Source of the DNA: Lama guanicoe
Lineage: Eukaryota
Direction of reading: 5' to 3'
NCBI GenBank assembly: GCA_013239625.1
Contig: MU054323.1
Location: forward strand, 18,494,819-18,558,818
Length of the DNA stretch: 64,000 nt
Under the pieces are notes generated by a model. That model saw only the letters and a program-made list of their open reading frames with translations. It made no database searches and had not been told where the DNA came from. This document shows, piece after piece, positions 40,973 through 52,905 of the stretch; positions within the stretch are counted from its first letter, which is position 1, and every line of letters begins with the position of its first letter. A program made the position numbers and the translations under genes.

Positions 40973-43749
40973 AAACATAACTTTTGATATGACTGCAAAA
41001 TACCCTTTCAAGAAAAGCCTGCAAAATCCTTCCTCTTTTTGAGACCGTGAGACAGGAATGCAAGGTACTTTCCTCAGAGAGAACAAATCTTCTTGAAATA
41101 GTGGTCCTCATTTGAAATTGTCTATCAGTTGAATGAAATACCAACTCTCAGTGCTCAGGGGTCTATTCTGATTTCCTTTCTATGGGGAAAATAATTCTGC
41201 AGATTCAGGCTTCAGAAATACACTTGGAGTCAATAGAGAAATCAGGGGTTTTGCCCTGCTTCAAAGCCAAAAGATAATGGAGTCTTAGGCTCTTTGTCAA
41301 GAACTCCTGCTTCAAAATTGCCCAAACCAAGTGGCTGGCCAGAAAGAAATCTGACCCACCCTCCACCCTGAAAAAAAGCTTTAAATTCACAAACCTTCAG
41401 AAATATGCACACAAAGTACCACATCAGAGCTTCAGTTTCTCAAGAGTGGGTATGTAGTCATCAATTTAGAATACGCTAATTCTTACAGGAAAACCTCCAT
41501 CTGTAATCTAGCTTGCTGGATAGAAAAGATTTGAGGTGGTGGCAAATAATGAGGCTGGAGAGTGGAAAGAAAATAAGAGAAATAAAAGACTCGGGGTTTT
41601 GGAAGTAATCACAGTGGAATCACCTTCCTCAGAATACAATGGAAATTATGTATACAGGCACCATATCCTTCAAAGGTTGCTGTGATCAATTTAAAGGGCA
41701 GGTGGGGCAGAGAGAATGTAGTCAGATGCACATGGACCCCTTGTTCCTACTTTGCCTATCAACCAACTAATGAAGCTGCTAATTTATTAATTAGCTGCTA
41801 GTCCCTTTCTGCTATCCCTTCACCACCAAAGATGGAGTTCAGTGAGCTCTACAAAAATAGCCTGGTGAATAGGAGCAACCTCAGACTAAGAGTGAGAAGA
41901 ATAAAAAGGAGGACAAAGAGAAAAGAAAGAGAAAAAAACGAGGCCACCTCCAGAAGCAAACACTAGAGGAAACGAATTAAATAAAAACTTTCTGGTTTAA
42001 CTTTTCGATAAATTATGGGGCTTTCATATGCATGCCTCTCCACTGAAGCTTTAGGCAATACATTTTAGAAATGATTTATTAGATTATTATAGTACCCCAC
42101 TGAGGGCAATGAAATGATGTAATGAAAACTCAGAACATCAAAACACTAGATTATCCCAGTTTTCAGAAATTACGGCAAAAATCTTTCAATTTGACTTGTT
42201 ACTAGCCAAAGAAGGATGAAATTAACATAGCCTACTAGGGCTCACACTGAAAGTAATTTTACTCGGTTTGCATTAAAAGCTTTCTAGATGTTAATAATAA
42301 TAATAAAAAAAGGCCTCTACATTCTATCAGCAGTTTAATATTTACAAGCATTACAGGCAAGGATAAAAGTTGGCAGAAACCTATTTGCAGAAATTGTGGT
42401 GAACAAATAGAGTTGTGAGATTTTCTGACCATATAAATATGGCCATTGTCGTAATTCTAACATGCCATTTTAACACAGGTCTTCCCACTCCCTGAATTTA
42501 CCTATATTATCTTTAATATTTCATAATAATAATATTACCAGTTCCATTTTCTTATTAACAAAGAATTTTCACATATCTTATCTCATGATACTGATCATAG
42601 CACTTCAAATGAGAAGTATTTTCACCATTTTTTAGAAAAACAAACTGAGTCTTAAGAACACATAACTAACTTAGCTATGCCCGTAAATGCCAGCAAACGA
42701 GATTCAAACTGAGATTTTTGACCCCGAGAATGGTGACCATCCTGTAATATTGCAATACAGCTGAAAGCTTAATAAATGATTTTGAAAAAATAATAATGTT
42801 TTTTTCGATTGGATTTGACTTGGGAACCAAAGTTATTTGGCACTAAGACTTTTAAATAACGTGAATGATCAGGCAAGATAATGCCATATGAAATTTTTTA
42901 AAATAGATGTTATCTATGGCTCTGAAGACAATTTTAAAAGAGGAATATAAGAAGGACTTTGAAGAATGGCATATTAGAATTTAGGAACACTTCAAAGGTA
43001 ACTAATTTAATGTATAAAAAAATACTGTGTGGCACAATATTTTGCACATAGTGGACAATAACAACTAGCAAAAAATTTTTAAAGGAAGCATTTCTATATA
43101 TAAGGACAGATACGGTTTTCTAGCAAATACTCTCATCAGAAAATTATGCATAGACATTAGAAATGTAAACTGGTACAGATTCTCTTAAAATAACTTGGTA
43201 AAAGTTGCCATATGGTTAACATGTCCATATAGTTGGGTCTATTTATTCCAATGTAAGGATTTAACTTAAAGAACTAAGTGTCCAACAAGATTGTTTTCCC
43301 CCAAAATTTTCCCTGTGGCATTCATTATTTATATGTAAATGTTTGTAAAAAGAAAAGGAAACAAAACAATATCAAAGCAAAATCCAGTAACAGGAGCCTC
43401 ACTAAGTAAACTGTATTTATATAATAGAATATTATTCAGCTATTAAGATTTAATTTCAAAGAATTTTATTTCTTTAAGGAATATTTTAAACACATATCCA
43501 TAAAACAAAAGAGAGTAAAACAAAGATTATATATACTAAAAGGTAAAAGGTAATCCTCTCTGATTTATGAGATTTACAATTCTCCCCTTATCTTTTGAAA
43601 ATATTTTCTTTTGGGTACATGCTTTTTTACAGACATCTAAATTATTTCAAAGTCAGTATCTTAACAATGGTCAGTTTTTACCATGTGGCAAACATGGCTC
43701 TCACCTTTTTACTATCTCGCTTGCCTCTCATAAAAATCGTTGATGTGGA

Positions 43750-43880
43750 GCTATTTATCCTGTTTAATAGATGAGAAAACTGGAGAAGAGAGGCATGAAC
43801 TAACTAGCCCATCACCTTCCAAATAAATATCTGAGCTGGGGTTTGAATCGAATCATCTGAGTCCAAAACCCATGCTCTTC
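43750..43880 (-). mobile_element. MIR SINE core
   Basis: atagatgagaaaactgga...taactagccca...gagctggggtttgaatc...tctgagtccaaaacccatgctctt. Confidence 0.7.
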
Positions 43881-44862
43881 AGAACCAGGCTATACTGTTC
43901 ATACTAGGAACAGGCAGCTTAGTGATGTGTCAGAACATGTTAATACCATGGAGAAAGCAATCTCCTACAAGTAGGACTCTTGTGAATAACCCTATGGATG
44001 AGCTGACTTGTGACTACGATGGCATACGAAGTATATTTAACTTACCCCTCATATAACTAGTTTTCACAAATGTGTCACTTAATCCTGAGAATGCAAAGGC
44101 TCTTCAAAACAGAGGAATAGCACATTCATTTCCATTCATTTTGTCGTCATCTATTTACATCCATTTACAGCATATCGGGCACTGGACTAAAGTTTGACAA
44201 TATCTAGTCATCGCATTGCTGTAAAATTAACACTGCCTTGGATGGGGCATGCACTCTTAATTGAAGCTACTTCTTGACCACAGGAAGGGAACATTGCTTT
44301 AAGAGCAAGGATGTTCAGATGGTTTCCTTGCTAAAAATATGCTTAGGCTGTATTGCCTGCATGGGTAATTTTATTGATTTCTGAAATCACTGGCAAATTC
44401 AGTGTTCACAAAAAAATCACGAAGCAGCTAAAATCGAAAAGGTGAAAGTCAGTCACAATAATAAAAATACAGAGTATTACCATGATAGCATCAACTAGAA
44501 ATACACAAATGCAATTTTATGATCGATGAAAACTTCTAATGGACACTTCTGTTGTTACTGGTTCCACTGAAGTGCCCTCTGAAAAGTTAGAGTCTAATTT
44601 AGAGGGTTTATTTTCTGGTTATCATTTTTAATTTTTAAAATTATCTATTTTAAGAATCTTTACACTCAGATCCCTTTTTTTCCTTAATAAAGGAAAAGTC
44701 TGGAAGAATTCAGATGTTACTGGCTTTGACTTACTTCACACCTTATATTTGTTCCTTCCTTCTAAATACCATGTGAGTTTCATACCGCATGAAAACACTC
44801 GTGACTTGCAGCTTGTCTGAAGCTTTACCCCATATACACAGCATCATCTAAATCAGCATCCT

Positions 44863-45381
44863 GGGGGAGGGCACACAGCTCAGTGCTAGACTACGTGTCT
44901 AGCCTGCACAAGGGGTTCACGCCCTCCTCCTGTGTGTCTGCCCTTCCCCACCTTCCAGCCCTTCAGACCTTCTCACTGATTTCCTCTCCTCCAGGGGCAG
45001 CTCTCTGATAGGAGGTTGTGTAGAGAGAACCCAGTAAGATAATATATGTATTTTTTAGTGAAATATTTCAATTATTAAAGAATGAGTATATGTTTATTGT
45101 TTAAAAAATTAGAAAATGTAAAAAAAAAAAAACAAATCCTACCATGCACAGGTCACCATGGTAACATTTTGAGTGTTTCCTATAGAACTTTTTCTTTATA
45201 TATCGATAAAAATCCATTCCATGACAATGAAAAATAAAAAAACAGGCAAATCATGTGAGCTCCATCCCCAATGGAGTTTGCGCCATTAAAATAACTAAAT
45301 AAATAAACTTAATTACCTTCCCACCGAAAAAAAAAACTAAAACCAAAAAATCCCACCAACAAAGTAAATTATTTGTTTAAA
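44863..45381 (+). mobile_element. Vic-1-like SINE interrupted by ~360 bp of unrelated sequence
   Basis: Head GGGGGAGGGCACACAGCTCAGTGCTAGA...GCACAAGGGGTTCA at 44863-44919. Tail CCATTAAAATAACTAAATAAATAAACTTAATTACCTTCCC plus A tract from 45283. TSD aaatcagcatcc (44850-44861) / aaatcaacatcc (45382-45393). Confidence 0.75.
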
Positions 45382-46268
45382 AAATCAACATCCCTTTAAG
45401 TAGGAACTCAAAGGTATACAAAGGTGTAATGTGTGTCAAGAAGTTTTACTGCAATTTTCTTCATTTATAAGGCAGATATGTACATTTACTAATCCCTGGA
45501 TAAGTAAGTAGGAGTGTAACAGATGTAAATAGAAGATGCATTATATTCTCAAGAACCATGAGCTGACCCCTTGCAGGGACTTGATGAAGTGTATCACTAG
45601 GTATTGCCTGAATTACGCAGACTGATTTCCCACCCAACAGCCAGCTAAGAAAATTCCTTTCTTGTGCATTGTATTTTATACCAATTGAAAAAGGAAATTT
45701 ATAAGAAGTATGCAAGAGAAATAACTTAATGTTTAAATAGCACCTTAACTGTAAGAACAATCTCAAAACAGAAAACTGAAACTTGGATTTCCCTAATGTA
45801 AAAATATTGTTCATGCCCTTCAAGTATTTTATGAAATGAAACACAAATCAAAGTGATTACAGAACTACTAAGGGCTGAAACTGCATTCTTTGCTGCCTTT
45901 TATTATATGTGTTGATTTTGTTGGAAAACAATATCCTGTGTTGAGATCAAAACTCTGGGAACTGCTGCAGGTCTAGCCACTGAGACAGGTAGACTGGGGA
46001 AAATAAACATCTGTACATGTTTGCATCCATGTATTAGGTTCCACATGTGATGTAGCAACAAGGTGTGTTTTATTGCGATGGTGTCCGTAGCACACTGGGA
46101 CCATTACATAATGTTACTTAAACATTCTGCACAGTAACATTAAACATGTGGTCAATTAAAACTATCAAATTTTTTTTTATTAAAAGATACTTCCAGGTCT
46201 AATAATTCTGATTCTGTATTTGGCTGACTGATTTTTCCTTGTGCTAAATTCTCTATTGTTCTTGCCAA

Positions 46269-46738
46269 TGTTAGGCAGTTGAGATAGAAATGAGCACTGG
46301 GCAGGGGGAAAGAAAGGGGAAAGGAACAATCCAGAAATGTTTACTTTCTCTAAATGAGGGCCAGTAAAAGCAGCCAGTTAAAATCGAAGCGCTGCAGCTG
46401 CACATGGGAGGGGGCCCTGGTATAACCTGACCCAGTGAACCTGCCCAAAAGGGGAGGGTGTGCCAGAGTGTAGGGAACCTGAGTTGTCAATCAATCAATC
46501 GATCAATCATGAAACCAGGATATTAAAAACAGGGAAAAGCAAAGGAACGGCACCGTTTTTCCTCTCTCGGATTGGCCTGCTCCCAATTCTTGGGAGTATA
46601 CTATCTTTTACTATTTTTTTGCTTCATTAATAAAAATCTTGCTTATATCATGTTTTCTGTCTCTCTTCAAAAATTCCTTTTTTTTTTTTCGGGTGACTAA
46701 GTACCAAGGTAATTCTTACTTCCCTTTTCCTGGTAACA
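46269..46738 (+). mobile_element. ERV solo LTR (ERV1-like)
   Basis: TGTTA...TAACA inverted termini, ~470 bp. TATA-like gatattaaaa at ~46518, AATAAA at ~46629, and a U5-like end cctggtaaca. Confidence 0.7.
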
Positions 46739-49704
46739 CCTTGACTGATCTATAATTACCTATAACTTCATTAATTTAAATACTGAATTCTTCAAATATG
46801 TTTTTGTTCCATCTTCTCTTCTGCTTAAAGGAGGACTTGTTTTAGTCTCTTAAAAGTTTATTCACTCACTGTTAATGTAACTTTGCAATACCTTTTCCCT
46901 TTTTTAAATAAATCAATAAATAAGCTTCGTTTGTCATACCATTATGATGAGTCAATATATGTATTATAGAAAAAATTAAGTTAATTTGATTGTAACTAAT
47001 TGGCTTATGCCTAGAGATCAATACAATGTTCTTTCTCCTACACAGCCATCCTGAAAAAAAATACTATGGGTTAAAAAAAGAAAGACAGTGAGGTATATTT
47101 ATAATAAGATGGTGGGTATCAGTATGAGAAAGCCCTTTGCAGATGGTAATACTGGGGAGGAAGGACACAGGCAGATCTGTGTCATCTGGATAAAAAAGAG
47201 CATGGACCATCTAGCTCAGATAGTTGTTGTAGGAGGGACTGGAAGAGTATTTAAGGACAAGACCCTGAGGAGTCCACAGAATGCATGAAATAGGCTAACG
47301 GGGGCAGCCTAGAGAGGCATGGCAGCTTAGAAGCTCAACTAGCATTCCTCTAGTCTTGCACAACCGAGTTCAAGAACAAGACAAGGTAAGACAAGGTCAC
47401 GGGGTCTCAGGAAGGGACTTTTACATTTATAATTACATTTTAAACCTGGAAGGGACTTCAGAGATTCTCTTTTTCTTTTCTTAAATAAAGACATAATTGG
47501 TAACTTCTTGAGTGTGGCAGACAACACACTATACTTAAAATCCCACAGATCTGCTCCTACATTTTCCCTGAAGATGGAGAAGAAAAATCAATTGTTTAAT
47601 TTTTACCAAAAAAAAAAAAAAAAAGGAAACATGCCAATGTGGTTTGACTAGCACACCATTGGAGCTGTGGTTTAGGCACATAATGGATTCCCTCTTCCAC
47701 TGCCTCTAATCTAATTAATTCCTCATAGCTGTCTCCATTCCAGCAGATGTGCTGACCAGCCAAGTTGCATTAAGATTTTTGACTCGCTTCATTAAAAAAA
47801 AAATGGATAGGATATGGGTAGGTGAAGCAAACAGACAAAACATCAAAGTCTTTCACTTCTGATGACTGTTGCTCTCTTATTGCAAGTGTCTTCAGCAGAA
47901 ATGCAATCTCTACTTTTCTGAAACCGCACACACTTAGAGAATGATTAAAATTGGGATGATTATGTTACGCTTCCTAATTAACACACCTGCATATTATTAA
48001 TAGTGCCCCCCTTTGCTCAAAAAAGTACTCTGATCTGGACAATAAATTAAGTGGCTACCCTAGATACACAGTGACAGGAATGTCAATTTATATAATAAGA
48101 CATTGAAATAAATTTGATATGACCATTTTAACAGATCAACCCAGTGGACGTATATAATTTTGCAAGTTCAAAACTTATCAAGACTCCCTAAGAAAGGATT
48201 TAAGCTTCTCTTACTTGGTTTTTATATTATTTGTTGTATTTCAACATGTCCCTTTTTTGTAAGTGAATATACCAAGAAAACTAAGGCAAGGAGTGATTTA
48301 AAAACAAAAAGAAATATAAATCAAATTTCCTCATACTTGACTGCAAATCTTATTAAGTGTTATGTGATTTTTTTTAGTGTTTTCTCTCCAAAGGAGAGTA
48401 ACCATTTTTTTTGAGATGGAAGAAACTGTATAAATCATTTACTTCAACTCTTTGATTTTATAGAAAACTGAGTTTACAGAAATCTGAAGCTCAGAGAAAT
48501 AACACAACTTGTTCAAAGTTGCTGGTCTGTTAGTGGTAGAACTGGGTCTGAGGACCCGGATTCAAACATGGACTTCCTTCTGCACTCCATTCTATCTCCC
48601 GCCTTTACTCTTTATTTTATTACTTACAATCTTCCTAGCAGGGAGATAAGTCATCAAAATCTCACTTTCCCCTAAGCATTATATTTTCCAATAGGGAAAG
48701 GCAGATCGAAAAAATGAAGGACCCAAAATGCAAATTTTAATTTACCAACTTTTCTCTCGGGGGCAAAGTAAATGACCTTTATGGTCACAACCGTCCATAA
48801 ACCAGCATTTTAAAATGTCTCAGACTATCAATATTTGACAGCCTCCTGAAATACTACAAGGAAGGTTCTCTCACTTCTGCATCTTGTCGCTGATTTCAGT
48901 GCAACAGAATCTAAACAAAAGAACAGGAAATTTGGGAGGATTGTCCCAGGAGACATTATTGGGGATTATGAGCTAAACTAAGAAAAACATGATTCAAATT
49001 TATTTCTAAATATTCAGCCTAATACAAAGTTAAATTAACTTTAAAGCAAGGGTTAGAATTCATTTCGCCAAAAAATGTAAAGGTAAAAGCTTTAAAAAAA
49101 AAAAGTGTTCAAAGTAATGTACTCGTTAAGACAAAACAGTGAAAACCCCATGCTTAAAGTGCTTTTATTTCCTTCCTGACACAGATTTAAAGTCTTAGAC
49201 ACTGAGTTGAACTAGAATGTACATCTGAATTCAGGGAAATTCACTTTATTTACTGAATTTGTCATAGTATTAAATTCAGAGAAGCTGTTACACTAACTGA
49301 CTTTAACACACTGAAACTTTCTGCATGAAGATTTAATATATATTTGATGCCCCCATCTGTCTAACAAGTATATATATTTGGAGGAATCATGCTTATTTAG
49401 CGATTATTTTCCATCATGGAATTAGTCAACATGCTGTGAATTTCCAGTATGGTCCTAATTGTGAAGTAAGTGATTATCATTTTCAGACAGTTTGGATGAG
49501 ATTTCGACATATTTTTCACAATTTCCAAGAGGATTTAGCACTTTGTAACAAACATGTTTTAGAATCACTGTTTAATACTTCAGTAAAAACAAATTTTTTT
49601 AAAAAACGAAAAAAAAAAGTTTTTAAGTAAAATCTTAAAAAAAAAAAGAAAATGGAAAGGAAAAAAAGAAAAGAAATTAAACTAAAACAACTGCAGACCG
49701 ACAA

Positions 49705-49925
49705 CTCCTGGACTCCCACAGCACTCTGTGCATATCTCTATCACTGTGATTGTATCACTTTGTGTTATAATTATTTTTCTTTTTCCCACTAAATTCTAAG
49801 CTTGGGGGAGAAAGAGAACTCACTTCATCTTCTTCAAGTCTCTAGATGAAGCACAAAACAAGGCCCAGTTAAGAAGTTCACAGATTTTTGCTGAATTAAC
49901 TGGTTGATTAATACATGGATGGATG
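49705..49925 (+). mobile_element. L2 LINE 3' end
   Basis: ctcccacagcactctgtgcatatctctatc...ttcccactaaattctaagctt...ttttgctgaattaa. Confidence 0.6.
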
Positions 49926-50257
49926 CAAGAAACAGAGTAGGTCAGGAACAAAGCTAAGTTTAGACAGCACAGGATAACAGCAGTGTGTCAGGTGTCATGA
50001 GGATTCACGGGTAAATTGCTACTGTAACCACCTTCTTTTAAGGCAGCAGGAATACTGGAGTAAAAGGAATCACCCAAGTCCGAGGATCTGTTTACTTGGA
50101 GTTAAGAGCCATAATAGGACCCTGGCATTGTCACATGAGCTTCACAGCAATAGTAGTAGAAGCAGACATTCCACTAACTTCAACACAGCATAGTATTATT
50201 ATTATTTTGGTCATAACCCTTCCCCCAACTCTAACTCTGAATAACTCCATGTATCTT

Positions 50258-51662
50258 TTTTATTTTTTTATTTTTCAGTTTTATTAGGTAGAATTGTTAC
50301 AATTTGACTGCACATATACCATGTATCACATATAAATACATATACACAATGTACTGCACATATTTTTTTGAATTTATATATATGTACTGTTTATTTATAT
50401 ATATAATTATGTAATGTAATGTAATATGTACTGTTTATTTATATATATATATTTATATATATAATTTATATATATGTCCATTGTTTCTAAGAACATTTAG
50501 AGCTTTAGCTTTCTAAACTTACATAGTTATCAAAGGAACAAAGCCAACCACAAAATAAGAATTAATTTAAAAAGATATATACGCCCTGCTATTAACAGCA
50601 ACATTATTTATAATTGCCAAGATATGAAAGCATCATAAGTGCACATCAATAGATGAATGGATAAAGAAGATGCAGCATATATATGTAATGGAATACAACT
50701 CACCTAAAGAAAGAAGGATATTTTGCCATTTGCAGCCCTTCATTCACTTTTCTTTTTCCACTTCAAAAACCAGAATTTTATAACTGGCATAAACATTTCC
50801 ATTGCATCAAAAAGAACAAAATACTTAGAAATCAACTTAACCAAGGAGGTTACCTATACTATGAAAACTGTAAACACTGGTGAGGGAAATTGAAGATGTT
50901 ACAAGGAAATGGGAAGATATCTTGTGCTCTTGGATTGGAAGAACTAACATCAAAATGGCCACACTACCCAAGCAATCTACAGATCCAATGCAACCCCTGT
51001 CGAAATAGTCACGACATTCTTCTCAGAACTAGAGCAACAATTCCAAAATTTATATGGAACCATAAAAGATCCCGAATTGCCAAAGCAATCCTTTGTAGGT
51101 CTTTTGCTTTTTTTTTTCTTGTCGTTCTTCTTTTTGTTCTCTTTTCTTATGGTTTGATGACTACAGAAGTTCCTTTAACATTCATTGTAAAGCTGGTTTG
51201 GTGGTGCTGAATTCTTTTAGCTTTTGTTTATCTGTGAAACTTTTGATTTCTCTGTTATATCTGAATGAGAGCCTCACTGGATAGAGTACTCTTGCTTGTA
51301 GGGTTTTTCCTTTCATCACTTTAAATGTATCATGCCACTCCCATCTGGCCTGTAGAGTTTCTGCTGAAAAATCAGCTGAAAACCTTATGGGAGTTCCATT
51401 GTATGTTATTTGTTGCTTTTCTCTTGCTAATTTTAATATTTTCTCCTTATCCTTAATTTTTATCAATTTGATGACTATGTGCCTTGGTGTGTTCCGCTTT
51501 GGGTTGATCCTGTGGGGAATTCTCTGCACTTCCTGGACTTGGGTGACTGTTTCCTTTCCCAAGTTGGGGAAGTTTTTAGTTATTATCTCTCCAAAAATTT
51601 TCTCAGGTTCTTTATCTCTCCGTTCTCTTTCTGGGACCCCTGTAATGTGAATATTAGTGCAC
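50258..51662. mobile_element. Rearranged L1 insertion: poly-T/3' end (-), two ORF2 pieces (+), ORF1 piece (-)
   Basis: ORF1p-like peptide GKETVTQVQEVQRIPHRINPKRNTPRHIVIKL...PIRFSADFSAETLQAR at 51182-51562 (-). ORF2-like DNA at ~50565-50736 and ~50795-51091 (+). Perfect 16-bp TSD taactccatgtatctt (50242-50257 / 51663-51678). Confidence 0.88.
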
Positions 51663-52496
51663 TAACTCCATGTATCTTATAAAAACTTCTCAGGCATACT
51701 TATATCACCATCACAGAGATCTCTCAGAGGCAAAGAGATACAGAACACAAGGAATCAAAAGGCAACACTCCTTACTTCTCTGGCCAAACAACTTAATCCA
51801 GGTGGAAACTTGTTAAAATACTCTTCAAAGGGATAATAAAAGAAATCATTGCCACGAAGGCTTTGTGGGAGCTGAGAGTGGGTACCCAGCCAGGCAGTTT
51901 CTCCTGAGTTTGACCTGCTGATAGCATAGGAAAGGGAGGTAGATGAGTTCTAGACCCAACAACTGACCACTTGGTGGAGGATCAAGATACCAGATGAGGT
52001 GTCAACATACTACTAGGTTTCCAGTTTCAGCTCTGCCATTTATTTCAACACATCTAATTCTCTGAACTTATGCTTTTTCCTGTTTACAAGTCTTAGTTGC
52101 TTCCCTCTTTCTTGGCACTCTCTCTTCAGAATCCATTGGTGGAGCTCCTACAGTGAATCCATCAGTGTGGCACTCCCTCTGCCCTGAAATAAATGCGCTA
52201 ATGCCTCAAACGGTTGGTGTGAAGATGAAATAGAGACTTAGGAACCTTGTAAACAGCACAGTGTTACGTAAAAGGAAAAAGTCTGATCTCTGACCTTGCC
52301 TGTGTTCCTTACTAGCCCTAGTGCCCTGGTTTCCACATCGCATCTTGCCCCTCTCCCTCTCTCCACCAAAATGATGATTTTGCTGACGGGATACACTCTG
52401 GGCTGCATCTTACAGTTTTGATCACTTTCTGCAGTTATCATTTTTTCTAGGCTAGTAGAAGACAACCAATTACCTTGAGTGCCCCTACCTTAAACA

Positions 52497-52545
52497 CAAG
52501 CACATATACACACACACACAAGTACACACACGTACCATACACACA
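52497..52545. repeat. Imperfect (CA)n
   Basis: Direct reading of the sequence. Confidence 0.8.
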
Positions 52546-52689
52546 GAGTCACAAAACTCAGCAGTGGTCTTTTTTTTTTTTTTTCTTTAAGAAAAGTAAG
52601 AGAAGAAATCCCTCTGCCTAATTCCCAACCAGCTTCTCTTGGACTTCTGTAAACAACCAGCTGGAAAGTAACTAAAGACAACCAGGATA

Positions 52690-52905
52690 GCATCTGACAT
52701 TTACTGAGTACTTACACGGAAGGCACTGACTAATGGGATCTAATCATTTGAAATAGATTCTATTATCCTCATTCTATAGATGATGAAACTGAAATGAAGA
52801 GAGGCTGAATATTTATGAACCTCTGCAGGTTATGAGTAACAGAGTAAGGATTTAAACTCCAGCTAGTCTGGCCCACAATCATTGCCCTGAGTCCATGCTC
52901 TCAAT
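52690..52905 (-). mobile_element. MIR SINE
   Basis: acatttactgagtactta...ctattatcctcattctatagatgatgaaactga...ggatttaaactcc...ccatgctctc. Confidence 0.75.

Noticed and set aside
51182..51562. L1 ORF1 as a functional or domesticated gene
   Set aside because: It is a fragment with an early stop inside a rearranged insertion.
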